DNA from: a virus
Taxonomy: Duplodnaviria > Caudoviricetes
Direction: 5' to 3' (one strand)
Length of the DNA: 64,000 nucleotides
IMG/VR virus record: IMGVR_UViG_3300025120_010521
This document shows, in pieces, positions 1 through 10,309 of the stretch (position 1 is its first letter; each line of letters starts with the position of its first letter). The notes beneath the pieces are model-generated. The model ran no database searches, was not told the DNA's origin, and saw nothing but the letters and a program-made list of their open reading frames with translations. The translations under genes were made by a program, and so were the position numbers.

Positions 1-790
1 TTAGATTGTTTTTAAATGGGTGTGTTGTGACAGCAATATTTTTAAAATCATGTTGTAATAAATTTTGCAATGTCATTATCATTGCCCAATCTGTTTGTTT
101 TTTCATTAACATATCTTTGTTCCATACAGCAAAGCATACGTTGTTAGTTGAATCGTAGTTATAAATTGTTTTTGTTTTTTCGTATTCTAAATTAATTGTT
201 AATCGTATAAGCAATGAATTTCTTTCAACTCCTAATGTTGGCTTATGCCAAGAATTATTATTAGATATCATTATGTATCCATTATTTGGAATAAAGTTTG
301 TTTTGTATACTTGCTTATTATTTTTAGTAAAAGATGTTCCATATTCAGATAGAGAATTATCTGTTGGTAGATAAAGTTGAAGTGTTATTGTTGACAAACT
401 ATCTTTTTGATCTGAGTGTGCATTATCTACTTGATGTGGATATTCTGTATGAAATGTAATATTAATTTTTGTATTTTTTAATACTTTATGATCATAGTTA
501 AATTTATCTAATAAAGATTTTTTAAAACTATCATTATTAACATGTTGCCAAAGCTCTTCATAAAACAAATCTTGTTTTCTAATGTTTTCAAAAGTAACTA
601 TAGATGGATCTTGTCCTTCTTTAGGATATTCACTACTAGCAAATTTTGTTTTAAATGTTTCAATATCGTTTGATATTTTATTATAATGATCTAACGTAAA
701 AAGATTATTAAGATCATAAGCATCAACATGATCGTGTAATAGATCAAGTTGTTGTGCATCTTTTATTTTTTTATCAATATAGTCAAACAT
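1..790 (-). CDS. 2OG-Fe(II) oxygenase-like protein, 3' end truncated by the window edge (absent from ORF track)
   Basis: Manual translation from ATG at 790 (MFDYIDKKIK...) stays open to position 1. It contains an HxD motif (NAHSDQ), TLQLYLP, and a distal His (NNSWH..RNSL). Confidence 0.7.
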   Translation of the reverse strand, partial: MFDYIDKKIKDAQQLDLLHDHVDAYDLNNLFTLDHYNKISNDIETFKTKFASSEYPKEGQDPSIVTFENIRKQDLFYEELWQHVNNDSFKKSLLDKFNYDHKVLKNTKINITFHTEYPHQVDNAHSDQKDSLSTITLQLYLPTDNSLSEYGTSFTKNNKQVYKTNFIPNNGYIMISNNNSWHKPTLGVERNSLLIRLTINLEYEKTKTIYNYDSTNNVCFAVWNKDMLMKKQTDWAMIMTLQNLLQHDFKNIAVTTHPFKNNL

Positions 791-799
791 TATTTCTTT

Positions 800-874
800 T
801 GGCATTCCCTAGGAGAGTCGAACTCCTCTTTCCTGGATGAAAACCAGGTGTCCTAACCGATAGACGAAGGGAAC
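800..874 (-). tRNA. trnE: tRNA-Glu(TTC)
   Basis: Cloverleaf: acceptor GTTCCCT/AGGGAAT, anticodon arm CCTGG-TTTTCAT-CCAGG, T-loop TTCGA, encoded CCA. Confidence 0.95.
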
Positions 875-882
875 ACATCCAT

Positions 883-1104
883 TTACTTAGATTGATATTT
901 TAGATCAATCTTTGCTTGGCTATATGCATAATATATTGTACCTATTAGAAATATAAATCCAATAGCAACAATATGTCCCCATGCATCATTCTGCATTTGC
1001 GAACCTGCAAATTTGCCAATTTCAATACCTGCCCATGCAAATCCAAATACTGCAATTATAAACAGTAGTGCTTGGCCAAAATGTTTTAAAAAGTGTTTCA
1101 TCAT
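883..1104 (-). CDS. small two-TM membrane protein
   Basis: 73 aa with two hydrophobic segments; GAGAGG SD and a sigma70-like promoter upstream. Confidence 0.7.
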   Translation of the reverse strand: MMKHFLKHFGQALLFIIAVFGFAWAGIEIGKFAGSQMQNDAWGHIVAIGFIFLIGTIYYAYSQAKIDLKYQSK

Positions 1105-1142
1105 AGTAACCTCTCTTTTTGTTAAGTTATTATATGTGTACT

Positions 1143-1170
1143 ATAATAGCACGATACTATATATTGTCAA
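1143..1170 (-). promoter_or_regulatory. sigma70-type promoter TTGACA-N16-TATTAT
   Basis: Near-consensus -35/-10 boxes upstream of the 883-1104 gene and tRNA-Glu. Confidence 0.6.
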
Positions 1171-2368
1171 GAACTTCTTTTAATACTGGTGCAACTTTTT
1201 CTAACGATTGATTTCTTGACTTATCTACTTCTACTGTATATTCTACAAATTTTTTATTATGATTAGTCCAATCTTCTGCCATCATATAATTTATAAGTCC
1301 TTCAACTTTGTCTTGTTTAATCCAAGGTTGTAATCGTTTTGCCGCTTCTTCTTTTAAGTTTTGTGGCAGTACTCTAACATTTAGATAATCAGGATGATCA
1401 AGTATGTTTAAATATGGAAAATAACCAAACTGCATTGTGTATTCAAATAATTCATTTAAATCTAGTACATTATATATTTGTACTGTAGAATGGACTTGTA
1501 CTCTCATTTTACCTTGTTTTTCCATTTCAGCGAATGCTGATAAATTTTTATGTACAGATTTCCAGTTAGTTGGATATCTAATGTATCTGTTTAATTGATC
1601 ATACCCGTCAATTGATGCATTTATTTTTATTTTTTTAAAATGTTTCCAGTATTCAATCATTTTTGGTGGAATATTAGTTAAATTTGTATTGTACTTTAGA
1701 ATAATATCTTTAGCTTTGTTTAGCTCAATACAGCGATCAAATAACTTATACTGCTCAAGTGCAAGTGTAGGTTCACCACCTGTAAGATATATTTCTTCTA
1801 CAGTATCAATAATAGGCATTAAATTTTCCCAAGTTTTTTCATTTGTTGGCCAATTCATATGTGCTAATCTATCACGTTCTTCTTGAGGAATATCAGTTCC
1901 GTCATATGATGTTTTTGTATTCCATTCTTCAACCCATTGGTTTGAAGCCCAAGGATTGCACATCCTACATTTTAAATTACATAAATTACCTAAACGTAGA
2001 TCAACATATACTCCTTTTACTGGTGCTGAACCATCTTCTTTAGTATTTTTTAATGCATCATTAATATGATCTTTATACGATTCATTATACCCTTGACGTG
2101 CTGACTTAATTCCTGTTGCTTCTTCTCTCCAACATCTTACACACATTTTTGGTTTTTTGCCATTTAATAAATCTAATCTTAATTTTTTATATACTTCTGT
2201 ATTCCAAATATCCTTTGGAGAATTTTTATAAATTTTATAAGGTGTTCCTGATTCATCAGTAATAAAGTTTTGTCCCGGTGTTGAATTGCAACACACTCTA
2301 TAGTTGCCACTTGAGTTCGTAGCAACATGCATCCACGGTAATATACAAAATGTATCAGACTGTTTCAT
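1157..2368 (-). CDS. radical SAM protein with N-terminal SPASM/twitch-like domain
   Basis: CNLKCRMC (CxxxCxxC) and LTGGEP; N-terminal CILPW...CC...CVRC cluster. Confidence 0.9.
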   Translation of the reverse strand: MKQSDTFCILPWMHVATNSSGNYRVCCNSTPGQNFITDESGTPYKIYKNSPKDIWNTEVYKKLRLDLLNGKKPKMCVRCWREEATGIKSARQGYNESYKDHINDALKNTKEDGSAPVKGVYVDLRLGNLCNLKCRMCNPWASNQWVEEWNTKTSYDGTDIPQEERDRLAHMNWPTNEKTWENLMPIIDTVEEIYLTGGEPTLALEQYKLFDRCIELNKAKDIILKYNTNLTNIPPKMIEYWKHFKKIKINASIDGYDQLNRYIRYPTNWKSVHKNLSAFAEMEKQGKMRVQVHSTVQIYNVLDLNELFEYTMQFGYFPYLNILDHPDYLNVRVLPQNLKEEAAKRLQPWIKQDKVEGLINYMMAEDWTNHNKKFVEYTVEVDKSRNQSLEKVAPVLKEVLDNI

Positions 2369-3653
2369 AATTTCTCTTAAATAATTCTTTCAATTGCGGT
2401 ACTATTTGTTTAATATCAGTTTTTCTAATATTATCTAAATCTAATGTAAATTGAACAAACTCCTTTAAATACTTTTTCTTTTCTTCAGTACTATAGTAAT
2501 TATCATTTTTTAATCCACTAATAATATTTTTAAAGCCAATACTTCCTTGTGGTTTTTCATTATCATCATATTGCCACCAATCATCTAGTGGAAGTTGCTC
2601 ATTAACTAATAACTTTACTGCTTGTTGTTTAATTTTATTAGGTAGTACATGAAAACTAAGATATCTTGGATTAACAACAACATTTTTAAAATATATTTCA
2701 TTTGTTGGCTTACGTATTTTTAAATACCATTTCCAAATATTTGCAATATCAAATATGTTATATGCTTGAACTGTTACTGTGTAGATTATCATTGTATTTG
2801 CTAACATATTGAAATTTTTAATATTATCTTCTAACTGGTTAATTGTAAAATTATCTCCACCTCTTATATATTGGTATAATTCTCCTGTTCCTTCTATACT
2901 AATATGTAGTTTTACCATCTTAAAGTTTTTTGCAATTTTATATAATCTATCATTAAAGATTGTACCATTAGTGTTTATATCAAGTATAACATCTTTAGCA
3001 ATTCCCCATTTGATAAATTGTTCCATTATTTGATAATTTTGTTCTTCCATTAATGGCTCTCCGCCAGTTAATTTTAAGAATTGTAAATTTTTAAAATGTT
3101 CTTTTTTATCTAATAAATTTTTGATAATATCAAATTCTAATTTTTCATATTTGCCTATTTCTCTATCTGGCATCCATGATGGAAACTTTTCTTTTAACTG
3201 TATTTCATCTTTTATCCAAGTACTAGATATTAAACCTGAACACATTCTACATTTTAAATTACATTTGTTTGATGGATTAATTTCCAAATACCAAATATCC
3301 GGATCTGAGTTAGTTTTGTATGTTGCCTTTTGTATTTGTTCAGGCTCAAAATTACTATAAAAATATTGTCTTCTTGAGCTTCCACTTGTTTGTTCTTTTT
3401 TCAAACACTTTATACAAACTGGATTATCAAACTTACTGTTACTCCAGCTATCTCTTAATTTAACTGCTTTATCTAAATACCACATTTCTGATAAAGTATT
3501 TTCATAAAGATTACCATATGGCTCTGTTGCTACTGCATCTGCATAAACATTTCCTGTCCAGTCAATAGTAAGACTATGCCATGGTGCAAGACATTTTTTG
3601 TTAATTGTCTTGTGCCAATCCCAATCTCTATCAAAGTAATCTTTATTAATCAT
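2355..3653 (-). CDS. radical SAM protein with N-terminal SPASM/twitch-like domain
   Basis: CNLKCRMC and LTGGEP; N-terminal CLAPW...CIKC. Confidence 0.9.
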   Translation of the reverse strand: MINKDYFDRDWDWHKTINKKCLAPWHSLTIDWTGNVYADAVATEPYGNLYENTLSEMWYLDKAVKLRDSWSNSKFDNPVCIKCLKKEQTSGSSRRQYFYSNFEPEQIQKATYKTNSDPDIWYLEINPSNKCNLKCRMCSGLISSTWIKDEIQLKEKFPSWMPDREIGKYEKLEFDIIKNLLDKKEHFKNLQFLKLTGGEPLMEEQNYQIMEQFIKWGIAKDVILDINTNGTIFNDRLYKIAKNFKMVKLHISIEGTGELYQYIRGGDNFTINQLEDNIKNFNMLANTMIIYTVTVQAYNIFDIANIWKWYLKIRKPTNEIYFKNVVVNPRYLSFHVLPNKIKQQAVKLLVNEQLPLDDWWQYDDNEKPQGSIGFKNIISGLKNDNYYSTEEKKKYLKEFVQFTLDLDNIRKTDIKQIVPQLKELFKRNYETV

Positions 3654-4735
3654 TAAAAATAATTTTCCTGGTTACCTTTACGTCTAACGTCAGATGTTAA
3701 ACAATGTACTCCGCCATCCCAAAAATATTGATGTCTGAATTTCCAATATATAGGAGTAACTCCATTTTTTTCTAACTGTGCAAATACTTCTTTATCTGTT
3801 CCTGTGCAAATAACTTTATCTTCTGATATGCTTAAAACATTTACATCAAATACTGTTTCATCTACGTATCCAATCCAATGAGATAACCAACGTTCAATAT
3901 AGTCTTTGTAAAATCTTTGTTTACGTGTTGTTTTAAAATCTTCTGGAAATTTTGTTCCAGACTGTGCAATAATGCAATCCCAAGATTTTAATTTTTCTGG
4001 TATCCAATCTTTTTTCCATGTTAATAGTAATCCAGGTTTGATTAATGCAATCTTACCATCTACATGTCCACCGACTGGTACTTCATTAAATGTAAATTCA
4101 GATAGCTGTTGTTTATACCAATTTAAACCCTGTTCTGTACCTTTTCCTTTTACAGGATCTTTTTGGTTAGACTGTGAATGAAATATATCTTTACCGCATT
4201 TAATTAAATTTGCAGAATGAAATAATACTTCTCCATTACGCCAATATTCGTGATATGTTTTTTGATTTAGTTGTGGCTGTGGCATAGATACCCATTCAGC
4301 CCCATACGTATTATATTCTTTTAATATATCTCTAGAACATAATGTTTCTAAAAATCTTGAATAATCTTTTGTATATGCTTCGATAATTTTATTTCCAAAA
4401 CACCCAATCAAATCTCTTGGCTGTAAAGGTTGATTTATATATTCTATTTCAAACCCGCCTACATTATATTTTTGCAAAGGATTGTGCAACGGTTTTGGTC
4501 GCTGTACGATAACACTTTCTTTTTTTAGTATATCAACAAGTACTTCTAAATCTTCTGCCGTTTCAGTTAATACTTTTTTTAATAAGTCTTTTGCTTCTTG
4601 ACTAAACTTATCACTATGATCAAACGTATCAGCATTATACGGTGTTCCGACTATTACTTCTTCTAGCTTTTGAAACTCTGAATATGTTTGTACTAAAGGT
4701 TTATCTGCAAAAAACTCGTCATAATTATTAACCAT
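3653..4735 (-). CDS. amidinotransferase (pentein fold, glycine/inosamine-phosphate amidinotransferase-like)
   Basis: LEEVIVG start, PRD, GHVDG and C-terminal GGVHC catalytic motifs. Confidence 0.88.
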   Translation of the reverse strand: MVNNYDEFFADKPLVQTYSEFQKLEEVIVGTPYNADTFDHSDKFSQEAKDLLKKVLTETAEDLEVLVDILKKESVIVQRPKPLHNPLQKYNVGGFEIEYINQPLQPRDLIGCFGNKIIEAYTKDYSRFLETLCSRDILKEYNTYGAEWVSMPQPQLNQKTYHEYWRNGEVLFHSANLIKCGKDIFHSQSNQKDPVKGKGTEQGLNWYKQQLSEFTFNEVPVGGHVDGKIALIKPGLLLTWKKDWIPEKLKSWDCIIAQSGTKFPEDFKTTRKQRFYKDYIERWLSHWIGYVDETVFDVNVLSISEDKVICTGTDKEVFAQLEKNGVTPIYWKFRHQYFWDGGVHCLTSDVRRKGNQENYF

Positions 4736-5292
4736 TATTTTTCAAACTCCTTACTATCATAATTACTATCTCGGTATCTTCTTTTAACTATACCGTCATA
4801 ATATTTTTTATCCCATTTATCATAATACTTTGTATTTTGATGTACCCATTCTGATTTTTCATTTAAATCACTTAATACTTGTAATTGTATAATTGCTAAA
4901 CCTTTATTGCCAGAACCAATTCCAGCAACAGGACCTTTTTCTGTGCCTACTGACTTTTGCTTGTCTTCTGCTGTATAGGATGTATAGATATAAAGATCTT
5001 GCTTAACTGCTTTTTGTTGATTATCCGTTTCCCATTTTTCAAGTTGTTCTAATGAATAATCTTTTGGATCTGCAATTAGCATAACTAACTGTTTTCCTTT
5101 TGGATAGTTTAACATTTTAGCATCAGCTTGTTCAAATAAATCAGTTTTTGTCCAAACTACATCAATTTCGTCTCGTTTAAATCCCATCTTTGCAAATGGG
5201 CAAACAGCCATACCGTTAAGTTCTGGTCGCGACTTTGTTACATGATCTTTCATGTCTTGCCATTTTTTTTCTAATTTAGATTGTTCCGCCAT
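4735..5292 (-). CDS. hypothetical protein with VCPFA motif (DUF1415-like, tentative)
   Basis: Probable start is MAEQ at 5292 (track gives 5310); translationally coupled within the cluster. Confidence 0.55.
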   Translation of the reverse strand: MAEQSKLEKKWQDMKDHVTKSRPELNGMAVCPFAKMGFKRDEIDVVWTKTDLFEQADAKMLNYPKGKQLVMLIADPKDYSLEQLEKWETDNQQKAVKQDLYIYTSYTAEDKQKSVGTEKGPVAGIGSGNKGLAIIQLQVLSDLNEKSEWVHQNTKYYDKWDKKYYDGIVKRRYRDSNYDSKEFEK

Positions 5293-6745
5293 CTGCAAGT
5301 TCTTTTTCAAGTTTTTTATCTATACTTTCACCTGCATCTGTTTGAACTAAAGTGTCTTTTGTTTCATCTAACAAATCAGCCATTTCAGGAAAAACTTCTG
5401 CAAAGTTTGTATTTCTTTGTTTATCAAATTTTATTATGTATTCTCTAAACTGAGGCATACGTTGTGACCAGTCTTCACTCATCATAAACTTAACCATACC
5501 TTGCAATCTTTTAATACCATAATTTGCATCAATAAATTTTTCTTTTGACGGTGCTCCCGACAACTGCCAATTTTCTTCTAGCCAAGGATAAAATTCCTCA
5601 TACTTTTGTTTTACTTTATCTTTAAACCATTGTGGAAATACTTTTACATTTAATTGTCCAGGCCAGTATACAAAATGATAATTGATCATGCCAGCACCAA
5701 AAGGCCATATGTTAATTTTTTTAAAGTTTTGTTTTAATTTCCATTTAATAAAATCTGGAACGTAATAAATGTTTAACGCCTGTACAGCACACGCCACAGT
5801 AACTTCAATGTTATCACCTGTATTATCTAACAAATGAAACTGTTTTACTGTATGATCCCATTTACTTGGGTACCTAATATAATCGTTCATTTCACCAATT
5901 GAATCTACTGAATAATGAAATATTACTTTTTTAAAATGACTCCATATTTCAAATAATCTTGGTGGCATTTCTAATCCATTTGAATTATATCTTATTTCAA
6001 TTTGTTTAGCATATCCGCGTTTAATAACTTCTTCTAATAGTGTATAGTGTTCTTCAATAATAGTTGACTCACCACCTGCAAAATATAATTGATACATGTG
6101 AGGTATTTGTTCATACAATTGATCCCAAAATTTTGGATTGTCTTTATGCCAGTTATATGTTGCACCGTCATTTTTTCCTTTATTATCCCAACCCATTGTT
6201 TGTTTTAAATCTTTATTTTCAATAGTAGGATAAACATCTAACCAATCCTTAATCCATAATGATGAATCATGTGGCGAACACATAATACATTTTAGATTAC
6301 ATTTAGATCCCATACGTAAATCCAAGTATCTAATTTTAGGAGGTATACCACCATCTTCTGCTGTTTCACCTATAATTTCATCAATAGAATAAATGCTTGT
6401 CCATTTGTCTGTTTCCCATTGACGTTTACTTAAATGTCCTGCCGCTTCTTCTTTGTAGCACTTTAAACATGATGCAGGCATTTCGCCATTAAGCATCTGC
6501 TTACGAACATTTTTCATATAGTCGTTGTTCCAGGCTTCCATTAAATTTGAATTGTTTAAATTAGCTGGTTTACCATTTTCAGTTTTTAATACACCTACTT
6601 GCCCACCATGTTTTTTATCGTTAGTTGCACCTACTGAACTTGCGTTAGCCGTACAGCATACTCGCATATTACCGTCTGGTCTTGTTGATAAATGCATCCA
6701 AGGTAAAGCACAAAATGTTTTTGATGGTAAATTTTTTTCACTCAT
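5276..6745 (-). CDS. radical SAM protein with N-terminal SPASM/twitch-like domain
   Basis: CNLKCIMC and FAGGE; N-terminal CALPW...CC...CLKC. Confidence 0.9.
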   Translation of the reverse strand: MSEKNLPSKTFCALPWMHLSTRPDGNMRVCCTANASSVGATNDKKHGGQVGVLKTENGKPANLNNSNLMEAWNNDYMKNVRKQMLNGEMPASCLKCYKEEAAGHLSKRQWETDKWTSIYSIDEIIGETAEDGGIPPKIRYLDLRMGSKCNLKCIMCSPHDSSLWIKDWLDVYPTIENKDLKQTMGWDNKGKNDGATYNWHKDNPKFWDQLYEQIPHMYQLYFAGGESTIIEEHYTLLEEVIKRGYAKQIEIRYNSNGLEMPPRLFEIWSHFKKVIFHYSVDSIGEMNDYIRYPSKWDHTVKQFHLLDNTGDNIEVTVACAVQALNIYYVPDFIKWKLKQNFKKINIWPFGAGMINYHFVYWPGQLNVKVFPQWFKDKVKQKYEEFYPWLEENWQLSGAPSKEKFIDANYGIKRLQGMVKFMMSEDWSQRMPQFREYIIKFDKQRNTNFAEVFPEMADLLDETKDTLVQTDAGESIDKKLEKELADGGTI

Positions 6746-6746
6746 T

Positions 6747-7844
6747 TTATATATTTACCTCCTCAAACTGAGCACCAAATGGATCAAATTCTGTACCACA
6801 TTTTACTGAACAAACTTTTAATTTTCCATCGCCACCATTACAAGAAGTTTTTTTCCAACTTGATTTTATGTTATTAAAAAATTCACCTTCTAACACTTTT
6901 TTAAATCCATGTTTTAATACTGACAATTCATCTAGCCCACCTACGTTATCAATGAATCTCCAAATTTGATTTTCACCTGGCTTTTCCCACCACTTGTACA
7001 TTTGTCCTGCTACCCAACAACACGGCATTAAGTGTCCTGTTGCACTAACATAAACGTTCATGTCTTTTAAAACTTTGCAATTAATACTAGCTTTGTCATA
7101 ATAGTTGTTCATTGTTCCATATTTTTCTTTTAAAATATCTTCTTTCTTAAGAGCTTTGTTTACATATTTTTCATCTGGCTTCGTAAGTTTTTGTGTTTCT
7201 TTTCCTTTACGATTTACGCCTTGGTGTTCTTGTTTTCCTTTTGCTTGGACATTACTAAAAAATCTACCTGTTTTTTTACTCATAAACTTTTCAAAACCCA
7301 TAATCTCTGATAATGCTTTTGCTTCTTCTACTTGATGTTGATTATGACCAAATATTAAATAATCCCATCTTGCTCTACCGCCTGCTCCAATAAATGCTTC
7401 AGCTGAATCCATACATATATCCCAATTAACATTTTGTCTATACAGATGATTAGTATCTTTTAATCCATCTAAGCTAAAGATTACATGGCCTTTGCGACCT
7501 ATTACTTTTGCAAGTTCACTCCACCATTCTGGTTTTTTAGCACCAGCATTGGTATTCATACTTAACCATAAATTTGAATTCTGACTACGCAAATATTCCA
7601 TTACTTCCAATGAATCTTTTGCTACTACAGGATCGCCCAAGTTTCCACACATAAACAAACTGTCTAATTGTTTTACTAAATCAGGTTGGAAAATTTGTTT
7701 ACAATCATCTAATGATAATTCATCTAAGTTTATGTTTGGATTTAAATCTCCGCCGTTTATATTACGATCACACTGTAAACAAGCCGCTTGGCATTTTGCT
7801 GTAATTTCTAAATGAACTGTTCTAATATCACTATATGCATACAT
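6747..7844 (-). CDS. radical SAM protein with C-terminal twitch-like domain
   Basis: CQAACLQC near the N-terminus; C-terminal INCK...PCCW...CSVKC. Confidence 0.88.
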   Translation of the reverse strand: MYAYSDIRTVHLEITAKCQAACLQCDRNINGGDLNPNINLDELSLDDCKQIFQPDLVKQLDSLFMCGNLGDPVVAKDSLEVMEYLRSQNSNLWLSMNTNAGAKKPEWWSELAKVIGRKGHVIFSLDGLKDTNHLYRQNVNWDICMDSAEAFIGAGGRARWDYLIFGHNQHQVEEAKALSEIMGFEKFMSKKTGRFFSNVQAKGKQEHQGVNRKGKETQKLTKPDEKYVNKALKKEDILKEKYGTMNNYYDKASINCKVLKDMNVYVSATGHLMPCCWVAGQMYKWWEKPGENQIWRFIDNVGGLDELSVLKHGFKKVLEGEFFNNIKSSWKKTSCNGGDGKLKVCSVKCGTEFDPFGAQFEEVNI

Positions 7845-7845
7845 C

Positions 7846-8841
7846 TTACTTGATTCCTATTATCATGTATCTTGTATACTTACCAAGAACCAGTTCACCT
7901 CCATAAAGATGTGTTGTCATAGGAGCAATTGATTTAAAATGATCAACGTTATCTACACAATTAATATGTTCTGGTAGTTCTTTGTAGTCATTTGATTGTA
8001 AAATACACAATTTTCCGTTAGGAATATTATTCCACCATTCACTCCAATTCTCAATATGCTCACAACTTGTATTAATAATTGTATTTGGTTTATCAAAAAG
8101 TTCACGTGCTGTACCGTTTGATCTTAATGTTGTATATTGGTATTCATTAAAATTAATTTTATGTATATCTTGTGTAGTTGCTTTAAATTTCCATTCATCC
8201 ATTACCCATGGTTTGTTAATAGATTCTGCAATTCTCCAACAAGACTCATCTATATCAAAACTTCTTATCTTATCTAAATGTACTTTTTTAGATTCAAATA
8301 GCATAGTTGCTAATGTACCATACCAACCTGCACACAAAAATACAGTACCTAAATGCATACCAATTTTTTCAACTTCAGATACCAACCATTTTTTACTATG
8401 CAATTGCCCTCTAGCAAATGCATCTTTTATATCACTTTTAGGAAAGTTTCTTAAAGTTTTTATTAATGTATCTAGTGTTTCACTTTTAACAAATAATGAT
8501 AATGTTCTTCTTAATACTTCAATATCATCACCTTTGTTAATAACTGAGTTGCGAATTAGATCAATGTTTTCGTTTCCATCAATTGCTTGTATTACTCTAA
8601 ATATTGAATGTATATTTTTTTCTAAAACTGCTTTACGAAGTTCATTGAACAAATGTCGTGTTTTTGTATTTGTGCCAATCAAACGAAATATACTTGATAA
8701 ATCTTGATCCAAGACTGCTCTTCTTAGATCTTTTAATTCATCTACATTGTCATACAATAATTCAAATCTATCTAATAACTCGTATGTCTCTAGATGAGAT
8801 TTGGATTTTGTTGAACTGTTGTTCGAGCCATCCAAAGTCAT
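7846..8841 (-). CDS. putative class I SAM-dependent methyltransferase with helical N-terminal region
   Basis: FLCAGWYG (motif I-like), IRSFDID (acidic motif II), INTSCEH. Start is uncertain (74-nt overlap with the upstream gene). Confidence 0.6.
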   Translation of the reverse strand: MTLDGSNNSSTKSKSHLETYELLDRFELLYDNVDELKDLRRAVLDQDLSSIFRLIGTNTKTRHLFNELRKAVLEKNIHSIFRVIQAIDGNENIDLIRNSVINKGDDIEVLRRTLSLFVKSETLDTLIKTLRNFPKSDIKDAFARGQLHSKKWLVSEVEKIGMHLGTVFLCAGWYGTLATMLFESKKVHLDKIRSFDIDESCWRIAESINKPWVMDEWKFKATTQDIHKINFNEYQYTTLRSNGTARELFDKPNTIINTSCEHIENWSEWWNNIPNGKLCILQSNDYKELPEHINCVDNVDHFKSIAPMTTHLYGGELVLGKYTRYMIIGIK

Positions 8842-9499
8842 TTATCTTGCTTAATGCCTCCATGTTGTTTTTGTTTGCTTCACCATATTCTCTACCAGCA
8901 ATTGCACCTGCTATAGCAAATTCGCCAAATCCTCTATCGCCGCCAACACTACACCATATATTTAAACGTTGTTCGGTTTCAGCATCTTTTTGTTTATCAA
9001 TAACTTTACTTGCAAGTTTAGTACATTCTCTAAATGCTGATTTAAATGTGTTAAAAGGATCAGTATTAAATGCTGTAATATTACTTATCGATGGCATAGC
9101 TTTAAAGGCACCTTTTTGTCCTTCTTTGTTTGCAACTGATGTTGTAAAATCAATTCGCCAATCATTAGCTTCACGCAACGCCTGAGTTGGAAATAATTTA
9201 ACTCCGCCATATCCGTATACTAGATCGTTTATAGGATTTTTACATCTCCAAACATGTACACAATGCTCATCCCATGAGCTAGGTTTAAATGAAAAATCAA
9301 AGTCTTCGTTAAGTTCAGCATCGGCATCGACTACATAAAAACTTTTAGTATATGCCAATTCTGCACATTTTTTGTGTGCTTCAAATATTCCTTTTACACC
9401 TTGTACTCTACGAGCATAGGGAAACTTACTAATAAGTTTTTCCCATGTTTGTTCAGCATAGGGTTCTTTGTAACTTAAATGAAATATATCTAATGCCAT
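8768..9499 (-). CDS. putative glycosyltransferase (GT-A-like)
   Basis: FYVVDADA DxD motif after GIFEAHKKCA, and GYGGVKL. Confidence 0.6.
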   Translation of the reverse strand: MALDIFHLSYKEPYAEQTWEKLISKFPYARRVQGVKGIFEAHKKCAELAYTKSFYVVDADAELNEDFDFSFKPSSWDEHCVHVWRCKNPINDLVYGYGGVKLFPTQALREANDWRIDFTTSVANKEGQKGAFKAMPSISNITAFNTDPFNTFKSAFRECTKLASKVIDKQKDAETEQRLNIWCSVGGDRGFGEFAIAGAIAGREYGEANKNNMEALSKINDFGWLEQQFNKIQISSRDIRVIR

Positions 9500-9517
9500 G
9501 TGTTTATTATACTTGTT

Positions 9518-9718
9518 TTATTTAAAATAATCAAGAGGAAATGAATAAATTCCTAGTGTTTGGATATCTGGATATCTTAATTTTACAATAACATATTGTT
9601 CATCAGTTACTGCAACAATACTATCTGCGTGATTAGGAATATAAGTTCTTGGAATTGTTTTATCTTGTGAAAACTTTTCATGTCGATCGTAGTCTTCGTA
9701 TCCAACTAACGTGTACAC
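9518..9718 (-). CDS. hypothetical protein
   Basis: 66-aa ORF coupled to the clpP stop codon. Confidence 0.55.
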   Translation of the reverse strand: MYTLVGYEDYDRHEKFSQDKTIPRTYIPNHADSIVAVTDEQYVIVKLRYPDIQTLGIYSFPLDYFK

Positions 9719-10299
9719 TACCTGCTTTCAACAATTTTATCAATTAGGCCAAACTCTAATGCTTGATCCGGATTCATGTAATTATCACGTTCCATTGCAT
9801 CTTCGACTGTTTTAAGATCTTTACCACAGTGTTTTACATACAGGTTATTTAATCTTTTCTTTGTATCTAAGATATCTTTTGCATGTATTTCAATATCTGT
9901 TGCTTGTCCTTGAAATCCTGCTGATGGCTGATGTATCATTATTTTTGAATTTGGTAATGATATCCTTTTACCAGGTGCTCCTGCCATTAGTAACAATGAC
10001 CCTGCACTTGCAGATAAACCAATACTTACTGTTGATATATCAGGTTTTACATATTGCATAGTATCATACATTGCCAACCCTGCTGTTACCGAACCGCCTG
10101 GCGAATTGATATACATGTAAATGTCTTTATCTTTAGAATCTGATTCTAAAAATAATAATTGGGCACAAACTAAACTTGATGTTGCATCATCAATTGGGCC
10201 AGTTATAAAAATAATTCTTTCTTTAAGTAAACGTGAAAAAATATCGTAACTTCTTTCACCTCTTGACGATTGTTCAACAACCATTGGTACTAGATTCAT
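9718..10299 (-). CDS. clpP: ATP-dependent Clp protease proteolytic subunit
   Basis: [34 protein letters not shown], catalytic S (SASAG), H (IHQP) and D (ERD). Start adjusted to the ATG spaced from AGGAG. Confidence 0.97.
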   Translation of the reverse strand: MNLVPMVVEQSSRGERSYDIFSRLLKERIIFITGPIDDATSSLVCAQLLFLESDSKDKDIYMYINSPGGSVTAGLAMYDTMQYVKPDISTVSIGLSASAGSLLLMAGAPGKRISLPNSKIMIHQPSAGFQGQATDIEIHAKDILDTKKRLNNLYVKHCGKDLKTVEDAMERDNYMNPDQALEFGLIDKIVESR

Positions 10300-10309
10300 A
10301 TTCATCTCC

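Noticed and set aside
3653-4735. Linking the amidinotransferase to archaeosine (dG+) synthesis with QueD
   Set aside because: Its motifs are pentein-type, not ArcS, QueF-like or Gat-QueC, and it is 22 kb from queD.
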